DNA of 59,900 nt, counting the filler, from Sphacelaria rigidula (taxonomy: Eukaryota): assembly GCA_964200075.2 (NCBI GenBank). It is 6 parts of 6 records of this genome, joined end to end, with 100 filler letters (N's around TTAATTAATTAA, not from the genome) between each part and the next. Parts side by side here need not be neighbours in the genome. Positions count along the whole stretch, not along the records: positions 20,003 to 29,902 come from CAXNAA020007525.1; positions 30,003 to 39,902 come from CAXNAA020007526.1; 4 more parts are not named here. One strand, given 5' to 3'. A program made the position numbers and the translations under genes. Below the pieces are notes generated by a model that saw nothing but the letters and a program-made list of their open reading frames with translations, made no database searches and was not told the origin of the DNA. Of this stretch, positions 24,641-38,294 are shown in pieces (within the stretch, counting starts at the first letter, position 1; each line of letters starts with the position of its first letter).

Positions 24641-24879
24641 CCAACACGTAGGTTAGAGTAGCTTGACCTAATGACTTGCTCGTGCTTCGTGTCAGTGGTG
24701 ATTCAACACGCAGTCTAGGGGGGGGGGGGGTCATACAGACAGTGCTGACGTCCACGTTCAATCCTGCAGCTTCATAGTGCTACCCTAGACTGGGAACCAA
24801 ATTACATCCCGCAGATGCAGCGTTTTACCCGGTGTAATAACACTGTCACGGAAAGCTCGTTGATGGAGATGAAGCACGT

Positions 24880-27610
24880 GTGAATGAGTAACAGATTCGA
24901 TGGGCTGGAGACAGCGACCGACGCGGGCTGGGAGTGCTGCACCCTCCCCGCGAGAGGCCAAAATAGGCGTGCCGAAGAGAAATCGAAACAGAACAAACCG
25001 TCAGTCGCCCTTGAAATTAGAAGGCGAAATAGATGGAAAAAGAAGGAGAGCAGAACAAGGAGAAAGACGTGTGAACATAGGGAAGGCTAGAGCAAGGTCG
25101 TGTACCGGGGAGCCCGAAGTGGCAGCCTGCAATATCCGTACAGTGTCCCTCACGGGAAAGAACGGAGCCGGCCATGCTGAGGTGGTCTTGCAGCAGTGCC
25201 GCGCAGTTGGATGTAAAGTCATCGGGCTACAGGAAACGAGGAGACCAGGCCAAAGCGAGTTTAGGGCGGCGGGATGTCGTGTCTTCTGTTGCGGGGTGGT
25301 AGGGGTCAAAGGAAGGGCTGGAAGATATGGGGTTGGGGTGGCGGTCAAGGAGTCAATCACCAACAAGGCGACGTGGACTCAGGCACTTATCAGCGAACGC
25401 CTCATGTCGACGACTCTCCACCTCGCGGGTAAATCGAATTCTGCTACATTCATAGTTGCGTATGCCCCCACAGGGCACCGCACAGTCAAGAGAAGAGAGG
25501 GGTGTGGTGTGGACTGAGTTGGACAGCATTGTGAACCGAATTCCCGACAAACATCATCTGTTTATTTTTTGTATGGACGCTAACGCGAGGACTGGGGTAC
25601 GAACAGGCGAGGAGGAACGTGAATTATGGGGGCATACGGCCGAGACTCCTGATTTAACGACAGTAACGGCACCTCTCTACTGCAATTTGCAGGCGACAAC
25701 AAGCTTGCCCTGGTCAACACGTTTTTTTCCGCCGTCAAGGGGACCATCTCGCGTACGTTTAACGGTATTGCAAATCGAACCGCGCACAAAAATCGCTTAG
25801 ACTACATCTTCACACGGCAAGATCACCGCCGACTTGTCCGCAACGTCAGCGTCCACCTTCAACCTCCCAACTCGCCGGACTGAGATCACAACATCGTGGG
25901 CTTCAGTACGGCCCCCTTGGTCGCCTCGCACACAACAGACCTGGAGGAATCCCAGTTGGGCATACACTGATCGACGGACGGGCAATAGTATTTCACACTG
26001 ATAGACGTGAGCGACTCGCCCAGCTCATCATGAGCGAGCTCAATCAGAAAATACCTGGCATACAGTTAGTTCACTCTTTGCGACCTTTGCCGGCGTACTC
26101 CTGAGTGACGCTGAAAAGGTGGTTTGCAATAAAAAAAAGTGTATTGCGTATAGCCTATTGCGATTATTTTGGCCACATTTCCGGGGCATGTACAATTCCG
26201 AACGCCGCCGAAAAGATGTCCTATTTTTCAGAAATCACACAAGGGTCTGTCGAAAACCATTCTGGACTTGTAGGCCCCAAGATCGGAAATTTGAGTGTTT
26301 TTAATGGTACACACACACACAGACACACACATCCGGCTATCCCCAAGTTTATAGCCGAGGCGTTGGCGGATGCAGTACATAGTCTGACCCGAAAGCCACG
26401 TATACCGACGTGGTTCAAGGATGCTGCTATCCGAACGGAGATCGAACAGGGCTGGAGTGAGGCGGTGTTGAAAATCGGACTTCGACAGTGAGGGAGAGGA
26501 GATTCCACTTGGCCGGTTTCGTCACGCGCATGTTACCCGGACGGATACCGAGACACGTCATATCCGGTGAAGTAAAAGCCGTAAAGGGGCAAGAACGGGA
26601 CTTTTTCGGCAGGCACAAGGACTGGATGCGCTGCCTAGCGGAAGACCTGAATGCGTTCCGTATCGAACGGTAGGGATGGACTACTAGAGCCTTGAATGCA
26701 TTAGAATGGCACAGCTTGTTGAACAGGGAGCAGAAAGATTTATGGCGGACTGGTGCCAAAAGGATGACGCAGAGAAGAATACTGCACACGAAAGCTGCAG
26801 GCCAAGATGCTCCGACAGCACCTGGGACCGACAGTACCAACACCAACTAGCCATAGCCTACGCCAGATACGTGAAGCGTTGTGTTTAGTTCCCGTCTCTA
26901 GTTTGCTCAACTCTTGCCGCACGTGGTTCCTTGTCTATTTTTTGTTGTGAGTAGCCGATCATCGAAACTGAGGATGGAGCTTTTTATTGAGGATGAAAAA
27001 CCACATGTTTAAAATCTTCTTATCCACACCAAGTCTTGGAAATGTGGTCCCATCTCTTCACCTACTGGTAGCTGCGACAAGAACTACACGTCAAACAAAC
27101 TTGGATTTCGATAATCGAAGTTTGAGGGTCCTAGGTGAGAAACTAATTTCGGGGAATTTCGGGGAATTGTAGGCGATCTGATCGAATCGGCTACAATTCC
27201 CCAATTTTTTACCTCATCTAGGAACCCAACATTTCGGCTATCGACATCCAACTTTATAGGGCGTTTAGCAGTTATCAACAGCTATTAGTAGGTGAAGGAA
27301 TGAAACCATATTTCGAAGATTTGGTGTGGATACGAAGATTTTAATCCCCCGGGTTCTCATCATCAATGAAAAGCTCCATCCTCAATTTCGACGATCGGCT
27401 GTTTTTGCCTGTGCTCCCTCCTCCCCCCTCTCGGAGACGAGTCTGGCTCTGTACTTTTTCTCTTGTATTTCTTTCCCTACGTTTTTTTAATCTCAACTTT
27501 TTTCTCCATTTTTTCTCATCACAAGCTGGATAGGTTGCAACCAGCTACGTAGTGCGAGATAATCATTTCGTTGTGTGTGTTTGTGTTTGTGTTTGTGTGC
27601 GTCTGTGTGC
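24880..27610 (+). mobile_element. Decayed RTE-like LINE: AP endonuclease (about 25110-25930) and ORF C-terminus (about 26390-26900); RT core deleted; 3' UTR ending in a TG-rich tail
   Basis: Endonuclease motifs CNIRT, IGLQETR, GVGVAV, SERLM, MDANARTG, NGTSLLQF, LDYIF, DHNIV. C-terminal AGFVTRM..RIPRHVISGE...WMRCLAEDL. Frameshifts and stops present. Confidence 0.88.
26953..27402. mobile_element. Foldback MITE (CAGCCGATCATCGAAATTGAGGATG TIR) inserted in the LINE 3' UTR; related pieces at 17690-17895+18673-18702, 20580-21237, 29836-29902
   Basis: Long imperfect terminal inverted repeats; copies on two contigs. Confidence 0.78.
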
Positions 27611-28053
27611 TGAACATGGTTTATTTCGTGCGTAGCGAGTGGATAATATCACCGGGTTGGGTTTCCGAAACTATGTTCCGTGTGCTTACTCAAACGGAAG
27701 CCCTTTTCAACGATAACGGAACATAACTGCGACGTGTCCACCGCCGAGGCGCCTTGCATGATCAGTGCATCCTCGATCATACATGTTGCTGCACAAAATC
27801 ACATTTCTCGAGACACCTCGTAGTAGTCCACCTTTCAGCTCAACGAGTTTCTTGGAGTCACTCACGGTAGCCAGCACCCTGACGCCCGATTTAGGAGTTT
27901 TGCGGGATCAGCGCAACACTGTGCCATCTCAACGACTCCACTGCGGAAATTGAATTATACCATCCCGTACTTGTTTCTTTCGCGCACCTCCGCGCCAACT
28001 CAAGCACACTCACGGCACTTCACAACAAGCGACACGACAGTATGATCAACAGG

Positions 28054-28451
28054 TAAAGCTCGGAAATGGTACCAGTTATAACTGGCCATTATCATTATAA
28101 TGGTCATCATGGTGATGGTGATCTGAAAAAAATTGTATCATGGTTCCGAACACAATTTTACGTTACCGGCTTGATAAGTCGTTACCGGCTATGTATGCTA
28201 CATACAGCCTCAGATAATTGGCCCAAGTTTTACTTATTTTGAGCTCTAGTGAAGCCACATTGTGCAAAAACGTGCCTCCAGCGGGGCCCTTCAGGGGCGC
28301 CTCTGGCAGGCCCCCCTCTGCCGGGGGGGGGGCTTTTCGGCTCGCGGCTGCGCCGCTTTATAACCATTATCCACCATTTTACTGGTTAATGAGTGCGCTA
28401 CGTGTAATCATTCAACTGGTTGATGGTTAGACAAACCATTTCAGAGATCTA
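28054..28451. mobile_element. Second copy (opposite orientation) of the TAGAGCTCGGAAA hAT MITE
   Basis: Reverse-complement similarity to 7988-8343. TSD tcaacagg / ccaacagg. Confidence 0.8.
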
Positions 28452-31254
28452 CCAACAGGAGTAGTGTATGCCATCTATCAGACCTCGTTTCTCACTCAAC
28501 AACTATATTCTCAATCGGATGCCTCAGCCGACTTTTGTAGTCGTATCGTCCGTACATTTGCAGCAACTACCTTCATGTGCTCAAACTCCACGTATAATAG
28601 TACCCTTAGAATGCAGAGCGGCCGTCAGGTCACGATAATTCGATGCAGCAAAGTATAGTAATGGGGCAAGAGGGATTTGACTGCTCAAACACAAGTGGGT
28701 GTAGATTTGACCGCTCAAACACAAGTGGGTGTCAGTAACGGCCTGCCCGCCAAAAACAACAGGACGGCAATTCAAGTACAGTATCTGAGCTCGGAGGGAA
28801 CCGTAACTCCTCCGACGGGCACCATCGTGCAAGTTGGCGTTGGCACATGGTGAGCATCTACTGCATGGCTCAGGGAAGACAGCTGGGCTAAGGCCACTTG
28901 TTCTGTAAAATAGGTCAAGAGGGGCGCCGCGATAAGCACTGCGTGTACATGTAGAATCTCACCAAACCAAGGAGGTAAACAGCATGCATGAAGCTGTTTC
29001 TGGATGCAAATACCTCGTGGTTGATGCAAAGTCAAGTGTTCGCTGCTACTCGTGCTTTGCGTGCCCATGTCTGTACATGTAGTTCGTTCAAGTACTCACC
29101 CTCAATCAGTTGGCAATCACTGCCCGAGGATCACATCGACAACAGCATTTGCTGACAGGAGAGGTTGGTATGGTATATTTTCGCCATGTAGTGCCCGAGA
29201 CCAGGCTACACAGCACGTCACGCCATCCGGTACCGCACCGCGGTCAGCGCCGAGACGACCGTCAGGACGGGGTTTAACACCCCCAAGGAGCAAATTGGTT
29301 AAACCCCGATTATATCGGGAATCGTGGTTGCAGCGCCACCATAGGTAGTGGGGCTGGCGGGAAATTCTAGACATGTTACGATTTATAGGATAATTTGAGG
29401 GTGAAAGGTTTGTTTATCGAGAAAACAGGGTGCAACTCGTACCACTGAGGGCGGTATGCACCGTCATCGCGCATAGCCTGCATGTACGATACACCATACA
29501 GGAGCACTGGTTGATGTGGACCGCAGATAGACTGGTACAAAGCATTCGAAACGAGATGATGGCATGAAACTCACCACCTAAGACGCCGACACGTGCTTGT
29601 TCTCCGTCCAAAGTGGCATCGGCTGCAATACAATCTATGTATGCCACTGACCCGCAGCACCAGCACTTCCAGTGTCTCTCAGACCAGGGTACGGTACGGT
29701 ACGGTGATAATGGGAGCCAGATGTTTATCCTTGTTTTTGTACTCCTACACTTTCCTAAATAATCGCCGCGGCGATCTCAGACCCGTTGCCTGTGACATCC
29801 ATTAGATGCAAAAACGACCTTCGTGCGCCCTAAAAACAGCCGATCATCTATGTTGAGGATGGTGCTTTTCATTGAGGATGAGAACCCGAAGGATTAAAAT
29901 CTNNNNNNNNNNNNNNNNNNNNNNNNNNNNNNNNNNNNNNNNNNNNTTAATTAATTAANNNNNNNNNNNNNNNNNNNNNNNNNNNNNNNNNNNNNNNNNN
30001 NNCTGGGCGATGCTGTCTGGGCCGCTCTTGAATTCACAGCAGGTGCGGACCGTGCTTGCGAAATCGGGATATTTGCCATCATCAAACGCTTTTCACCGTT
30101 TTTCGCGGAGGCGTTTGAGATACTATTAAAAAAACAATCCCCGGCGTAGTACTGTATGATGGTTGAATGTTGAGAGCACCACCTTTCAGCAATAGGCTTC
30201 AGCTCCGAATGCGCGTTTTTTTTTTTCATCATGATCATTTTTTTGCTCGCCTGATGAAGCTCTTGGAAAAAAGCTTATTTCAAGCCCCCAAAACCCAACT
30301 TAAGCCAAACCTTATGCGCGCATACGGAGCTGAAGCCTAAACGCTGTAGTTGGTGGTGCAACCATTGTACAACATCTTGGTTATATTTTTCAATTCAATA
30401 TAGTATCATGTATATGAAATATACAGCGAAACGTTTCCGGATCAGACCCGCAACCATGGCAGTTTGGAGTATTGAAGCCTGTCTGGTGAAGGGTGACGAG
30501 TCACGAGTCACGCCATAGGCCATAGGGGGCGCTTTCAGACAGCTGCTGCAATGGTTGGCGGAGGGGCATAAAGATTTATCGCAACTTCATGCTTGTCTCA
30601 AGCACATGATGAGCTTGTCAGAAAATTTATGCTCGCCTTCAGCTTTTGAAAAAAGGCTTATTTTAAGCCCCAAAAACCCAAATCAAGCTCAACCTTATGC
30701 GCGCATACGGAGCGAAAGCCTATTTAGCAACCGTTTCATTAGCCGTTTCAGTCAGCGCCCCTTGCGACAGTCCGAAACGAATCCCGCCGCTTTTCAGGAC
30801 GAGCTACTCATACTATACAGAGCTGACTCACCATTCCCCACAAAAACGAAGGACAGCACGCGGCGTCCCTGCTGCTGCTGGATTTGCTGAGTTGCTTCAG
30901 CGTATTCAATGTGTAGGCGAAGATCTCAGTATTGGAAATTAAGTATTCACAAGTCGGATGGATCACTTTCTGTAGGACCCAGGTCATACAGCTCAAGTGT
31001 GAACACACCTGTGTACCCGATTCGGGTGATACAGTGCAAATAGGTATGGAACGGTCCTCGTGATCGGGATATCATCGATCAGGAAGAAGATATATTGTAC
31101 GGGTTATAAGGATACACAGGTTCTTCTTGACGTTTCGTGCACACCTGATTCGGATTACATAGGAATGCCCAAGGAGATCACTTACGTATACTCGTCGAGA
31201 TCATCATCAGATGGATGTGTACGAATCGCACGGGTAGTACAGGTCAGGTGAGGA

Positions 31255-31660
31255 ATACTGAATACTGTTCATTGTATACTTCATTCGGATACGCCGATAG
31301 TGCACATCTTCCAAAAAAATATGCAGCCCTACCGTGGAACCACTCGGAATAAAATATACGTACTTCGTGTTCCTTATGCCCGGGTTGCCACAGCCAACAT
31401 AAAGACTTGTGAACATTCACATTGTACCAGGGCCAGGTTGGCAGGTGAGGATTACTGAATACTGTGTATTGCATACTTCATTCGGATACGCCTATAGTGC
31501 ACATCTTCGGAAAAGATAAGCACCCCCACCATGGCACCACTCGGAATAAAATATACGTACCTCATGTTCCTATGCCCGGGTTGCCACAGCCAACGTCCGG
31601 ACTTGTGAACATGCATTGTACCCGGACCATACAGGTTAACAGGTGAGGGAGCTGAATACT
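31255..31660 (+). repeat. Tandem duplication of a ~200-bp unit
   Basis: tactgaatactg...cacatcttc...cactcggaataaaatatacgtac...cccgggttgccacagccaac occurs twice. Confidence 0.8.
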
Positions 31661-31929
31661 GTTTTCTTGCATACCTGATCCGGGTCTTGCATACTTGATC
31701 CGGATCTTACGGGTGCGGGAAAGGGTTCCTTGTACAGTCTTGCGCGAAAAAAATAAAAACAAATCGGAACAGAAATTGAGCTCTTCTCATCACCTCGCGC
31801 ACTGCTGCAACGCCCAACCCCAGCTCTAGACACATGGACTTGTTGATTGTGGTCTACATGACATGTTAGCGCACAGTAGCGACGACAGCGCGCGCACGAT
31901 CGTGCCTCCTGATCTGAGCAGCTCTACAG

Positions 31930-32800
31930 TAGTTATGCTCGTGAAGGAAGGCCTTACCGGCCAAAAATCCGTTGCCCCCCCAAAATAAAATGAATGCGGA
32001 CGGATATTGAAGACGTATTGAAGACGTCATAGACTGGCCGGGCCTGTGCCGAACCTCTGCCGAACCTCTGCCGAACATGACACACGCTCCATCCCAAGTT
32101 ACCTAGGTTTAGTATGCGACAGCTGTAAATATTTCATCGCTATTATCTCGAGACGGGAAGCAAACCGGCCTCTGGAACTTCACAGCCCCCCGCACACACA
32201 CTAGACGTCTTGAGTTTGACGGCGGAGTTGCTCAATTCGCCACAGCGGATCCGAAAAACCTCAGAACGTTGCAGGAAACGTTTGTTTTTGTACATTTTGT
32301 GTTCGGTGCAGCGGTTTGCAAAGTGCTGCGTACTCCGCGGCACGCCTACGGCGTCCTCCACGGCACGCGTACGGAAACCTCTTGTCAAATTCACTAGTTC
32401 TAGTGTGTGGGAAGCGCACGCATCAAACCGCAGTCCAATCGTCTGCGTCGTTGCCCAGAAAGTAGCGTTGAAAGATAGGCACAACAACATACTGCAACAA
32501 GAAGGGCACAATGACAACACAAGCAGCAGCTTCTATCCTCCTATTGTTGTAACCCTGTGTACAGGTGTACAGTAACGTCAGTCATAGGTGCTGTAATATA
32601 TACGAAAGCGATAGTAAATTTTGTATGAGCGCCGTCGTCATTTCCAGTGACGCGTGTACTTGTGATTGATACTGATTGGCTCAGTTAGGTTTCCTTTCTT
32701 CTGCATTCAACTGATTGTGGAGTTAGTCGGTCCATTTTCCCGGTACATCGTGCCCAAAATCGGGCCCCATTCACGGGCATAACAGTCGATAACGGAGTGG
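31930..32800 (+). repeat. Dispersed repeat, homologous to 46619-47225 and 47845-48025
   Basis: Long collinear similarity, also visible in ORFs 32143-32520 vs 46893-47156. Confidence 0.85.
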
Positions 32801-32989
32801 CTTTTCTACAGATTGTCATCATCCAGAGGCGACGCCAGAACTCATCTATGTTTGTCTGCGAGCACTTCAGCCTCCCAGGTGGTCATAATGCGGAAGTGAG
32901 TGCACTATACTAGTCAGCATCAGAAGGTTTCAAAATTCGTAGTTGTTGTAGTTTTTGAGTTTTTCTGGAGTGCAATTCTTCACTACTAC

Positions 32990-33660
32990 TTGAAAGTGCT
33001 AGCGCCGGTAGATTTAGGGGGAAAGTGTAGGCCGCGCTCAAACTGTAATGCTCAAGTTGGTGTTTTTGGAGCGATACGGACTTGATACCCCGTCTATCAG
33101 GAGGGTGTTATTGTCCGTTTTTGGTCCAATATAAGCAGTTTTCCCGCTCTTCCGCGATGAAACGGTAAATATTCAGATAAATGAATAGGTATAAAACCCT
33201 TCACAATAACAATCGAGATCGTGTTTCCCTCCTATACTGCACAGACCTCAGTCTAGCATTCTCTGCGGATGGCCTTTTTTCGGTGGGTTTTCGCGCAACA
33301 TTTTCCATAAGCACTCGAAAGTGCTAGCGCCGATAGTTTTGGCAAAATAAGCAAACCGTGCTCAAATCACAACTGCCCAAGTTGGCGTTGTGGGGGCGAT
33401 ACCGGGCGAAGACCCCGTTTATCAGGAGGGTGTTATTGACCGTAAATGGTAGAACTTATATAAGAAATCCTGTTTGAGTCTTCACGTGTATTATCGGGAT
33501 CGAGTCGGTCCACCGAAAATACCGAAAAGCTAGAGCCTGGGGTCGCATTTTCGCAGGACCCCCGAAGATCGGTCAAACCCGTGAGTCACTCATATTGATC
33601 GCACATATTTTTTTGATTAATGTTTGTGAAGACGGTTAAAATATCTCCGGATGCCGATTT
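32990..33660 (+). repeat. Tandem ~330-bp duplication within a dispersed repeat related to 21415-21800
   Basis: gaaagtgctagcgcc...tatcaggagggtgttattg occurs twice. ggacccccgaa...cccgtgagtc is shared with 21700-21730. Confidence 0.65.
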
Positions 33661-36049
33661 CTTGGCATCCAATCGTCACTGTGATGAGCCGTGGCAAGCA
33701 AAACAAATTTGTAGAATTTTTCGAGAAACTAAGAAATCACGAATTATGCATACTTCTGACGCTGACTGCTGTACCATATCCTCATATGCATTCGCTCACG
33801 GTGCACAGAATCTCGGCGGCGAGATGGCCATTTTGAGGGCACAACAGACGGTATTGCCCAAAATCGGAGTTCGCTTTGTTTAATTCGCTCGCGAAAGGAA
33901 AGGGGCTGTGCTTCGGTACATACACTGGCTGTGGTGTTCCCGACTGGTGCACCAAGTTTCACGCTGGTGCCTGCGGCGGCGGTCGAGAGCTTTACAATCA
34001 AAAATGAAGTGCCAAAATCGAAAATGGCACCGGTCAACCGTCGAAAGATACACCAGATGCAGTTACGCCGCATAATTAGGCTTTAGCTTCGTATGCGCGC
34101 AGAAGGTTTCGCTTAATTTGGATTTTTTGGGCTTGAAATAAGTTTTTGTTTGACGAGCTTACGGCGAGCTTGAAATTTCTAACAAGCTTATGATGTGCTT
34201 GAATCGAGCATAAAGTTGCGATACATTTTTATGCGCATCCTCCAGCCATTGCAGCAGCTGTCTGAAAGCACTCCCCCATGGCCTTTGGCGTGACTCGTCA
34301 CCCGTCACCAGACAGGTTTGAATACTCCAAAATGCCATGGTTGCGGGTCTGATCCGGAATCGTTCAATGATCGAAGAAACGTTGTATTGTTCAATGAAAA
34401 ACAATTTCTCAAACCTCGAATATACAAATTGTCGCCCTCTCCTCGTGCTAGAAGGTTCGCCTCGGGAGGGGATACTGCCACACCGTCACAACTAGGACGC
34501 GAAGTAGGCGCATAAAGTACGCATATTTTCGCTGGAAAAGGCTTAAAATGGGGCTTCGAACAAGGTGGCAACGCATTATAAAAAAATGAGCATAATTGAA
34601 AAAGAAAAACGCGCTTACGAAGCTAGAGCCTACGTATAACCCTCGTACCAAACCTATACTGGCGTAACCGCTGCGCCCCTGCTGCAGCACAGGAGAGATG
34701 GGGACAAGTGCACAACCCTACTTGCCAAAACCGTGGGTTTGGCCTCGCCACATCGCCTCGCCAAACGATATGCCTTCAATCACATGTCGGCATTAACAGG
34801 GCATCTAGTGTTGTGTTCCCAGTGCACGCCGTGTTGGACTGCAGGCGATAGAATACTGTGCACGATTGCACTGCAGAGCATGGTACGGCAGCTTTGTACA
34901 GCAGTCACACATGCGAAAAAGGGATGCAGCATATCACACATTTTCATACTGTTATTCATGTGAAGTTTTCAGTTTTGAAGGCGACGCAATTGGCTGTACA
35001 AGGCATGCATGCACAAAAGTGTGTGGTGTTACTTGCTTGTTGAAGCAGATTGCCTAATTCTTTTTCACGTGGACTGAATATATCATGCACTAGCCGGCAC
35101 GCGTCCTTTTGGCCTGGTGTCCTAAGCGTGGTCGCCACCTATCGGCGTTGCGTTGTGCACGGGATGTACCAATGACGAGCAACACTATTCAGACCACCCC
35201 ACGCGGGAAATCATCACGTTTTCAGCCAGAAATCTACACCAACGATGCCGCCTTAAGCAAAGCTTGCCAACGATGCCACGCGGTGGGCTGGTACTTCCTT
35301 GTGTCGGGCCCGCTGCTCGTGTGAGCTGTGTCTACTTCACGGCTGATATCAGCCGAATGCTTGTCAAATGGTTCTTTTATGCGGGCATTCCAATATTGGA
35401 TTTTGTTTTTCAACTTCCGCGCGAGACTGTGTATACTGTAATAGATTCGGATTCCACAGGTAAGGGGTAGCTTTTGGTGTACATGAGATTCAAATCGCAC
35501 GGGTCGACGACAAGCTACTGCGCTTGCCTGACCCGAGTGATGTAAATGACAACTCTGTGATGTTGTACAGATGACACAGGTCTGCAGATCAGTTGTACAC
35601 GAAAATGTGCGTGTGTGTGAAGCGGGTCCTACGGGTCAGCAACGGTCAAACGTGTACGGGTGACAGCTCATCTCGGACGGATCATGATCTATGCCCCAAA
35701 TGGGCTGACCCCGATCTGTCACGAGCTGATCCGTCCGACGTGTGCTTAGTTTAGAGCTATATTCTGTTGAGTGGGGGCAGGCGGCAGGTTCTTCATTTTA
35801 CGCCCACTGATTAAATCCGATGTAAGACGTAACTCTGAACTGCAGACGATGCTCCTGGTGAGACTATTTTGCGACTGTTCGATTGGTGGAACTCCGGTGA
35901 TGCCGTCGTCGTGTTTTGCTTCGCGCACTGGGAACGTCCCATATAGTGTATAGACCGACTCTGTTCTGCCCCCTGTTTTTCTTTTGTCGGTGTACAATTC
36001 GTGTTTCCGTACAGTATTCGCGATCGAAAACTTCAGTTCTGGAAACAAA

Positions 36050-38215
36050 CAAGAAATGGGGTGCGTAGCCCACACGTACCCGAGTTCTGAGGGCAAGGTT
36101 CACCCTAGGCATCAGTTCTCGACCCTCAAACGGACGTTGGAATATCTCAAATGCTCCCTTCTCGCACTCATGGATGTGATCATTGGGTTGTCGTCCCATC
36201 TATTCTGGACGTCGGTCTACACATTTTCGGTGTTCGTGGGCGCACCAGCCGGAGTCACACAGGGGGAAGGCCAACACGGGAGTTTTTTCTTTCTTTGTTT
36301 TGGTTTTAGTTCTCCACCTTCCGTCTGCGGTGCTTGCCTTTATTTTTTATCGCGAGAGGAGTTCAGCGGTCCCTTTCCCTCGTTGGCCATGAAGTCGAAT
36401 TTTGTGTACCCACGAGCGTGGTGTGAGAATCTCAGATCGCTCCGAGGTTCGAACCCACAACCCAACCGTCAGAGATTTCAAGGTTACCAACTGAGCCACC
36501 GGGGGCGACCGGCATTATCAGTGTTGTTCCTTTTCGATAATATGGAGGCGTTGTTTTCGGAGGTTCGGCGTGAAGAACATCCGCATCTCGCTCGTCATGA
36601 CGCCGAAACTCGGAGGATGTGTTGATTGGTACAAGAGCAAGGTCTCACAGTCGCTCATGCATCCGCAGAAGGTGGTGGGGGCCCGGTCTACATCGATACG
36701 GTGGAAAGCCAGGGTACCGGTAGTTTTTTTCATTCAATAATTCTCGTATGATGACAAATATACTGGGTACGTCATCAATCGGGCTCGCAGGCCGGCACGG
36801 ATCCTGCCGACGTCATCGTCGATCTTCGCCCACTTAGGAATGAAACCCGCAGAAACCCAGCAAAGAAGTAGCATGTACGGTCCCTCATATACACGGGGGT
36901 CGGGTGCCCGAGATTCCCGGTCCAAAAAGCTCGACATGTCAAGTTTAAGCTTCTGTCGCGTGACGACTGCGTTCTGCGACGGACCCTTTCCAGCGTATCC
37001 CACGATGGGGCAAAATACCCATAGACAGTAGCAATGCTAGCGTATCTCAAGTGCTGACAGTCTGGCAGCAGGCAAGATGCTCTTAGTAGTGTTCTTCTAG
37101 CGATATCGACTTTGAGTGCCCTGGGGCAGACTTGCACGTGAGTATTTCGGCGATTGCGTCACGTGCACTTTGCGGATGTTTTGCGGATTTTTTTCACCAT
37201 ATCGCCCCGCCAAATTACCTGTGGAATATACTACGCCCTGGGCAAAGAATTCTACAGTCAGTACGTACACACCGTTAAAAGTGTACCGCGCACAATGTGG
37301 AATCTATTGCCTGCTGCAAGTTGTGTAATACTCGTACTTGTAGTCGGCAACTGCACGCTACATGAAGACACCAGCGGGTAAAAATCTCCACAACGTGAAG
37401 TATCACAGGTGGATTTCGCGCCACAATGGCTGACTTATCATACAGCTTCGTCCGAGACACGGGCAGCCACTACAGCGGTGGAGGCAGCCTTTTACTCCTG
37501 CGTACGCCACCTGGGGCAAACGAACGCTTAGTTGCAACACGGGCAGCTGTACAAAATGTGGCGTAGCGATATAGCGCGTCGCGAGGGGTGATATCGTGAT
37601 ATCCTATGTACACGTTGGCCGCAGCAAATAACGCCTACGTTCATGTTATGGCGAGCCGCATAACAGCGGGGAATCAATGCAGCACAGGGGATAGGCTAAG
37701 GATGTAACCTTGTGCGGTGTGCTCTATCACCCTGCACCCTGCCGCTGTGTAGTGAGGGGGTAGTACCGCCCAAGGCGTCACTGCTGCGGTTGGTACACAG
37801 CAGCGAAAACAGACGCCAAACAGTATATTGGTATATTCGTATACTACACCAGCTGTATATGTGTGTTTCAAGAGGGATGCACACGGGGAGGAGCCCGCAT
37901 CTGGACAACCCTGCACCAACTTTGCTCCGTTCTAGCGCAGACAGACACCTTTTTAGCAGAAACCACTTGCGATATGTGCTGTGACGGATCTCGTGCGTGA
38001 CGCGACCTTTTCCACCGTGGGGCATCGGTCGTGAAGCCAACTGTTGCAACTTCCGGTGCCCACCCCTCTTCCCACGATGATCTCTCTGAGCGGAAGATAA
38101 AGGAATCTGCGGAACATGACCGAAACTACTAAAAGGTACATGTTTTCCTTGCAAAAGCCTCCATACCATCGAAAAAGAACAAAACTGTTATTGAATGAAG
38201 AAAATGCCATCAAGC
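36050..38215 (-). pseudogene. Heavily decayed hAT-like transposase, interrupted by a SINE at 36187-36513
   Basis: Chain of collinear minus-strand ORF pieces with hAT-like motifs in the expected order: D-R-C-P-T-V-E-K, W-F-L-L-K-R-C-L-S, F-T-R-W, and C-terminal G-V-M-T-S-E-M-R-M-F-F. ORFs 36734-37003 and 36518-36733 abut in frame across one stop. Confidence 0.5.
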
Positions 38216-38294
38216 GCTTGGATTAGAAAAAAAGCGACAAAATATATATCTCGGTGGTTTTTGTCCATGTTTGCTCATTTTGTGTCATGATCAG

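Noticed and set aside
36518..37003. In-frame TGA readthrough/selenoprotein at 36734-36736
   Set aside because: The surrounding region has many other frameshifts and stops plus a SINE insertion; decay of a transposase explains it better.
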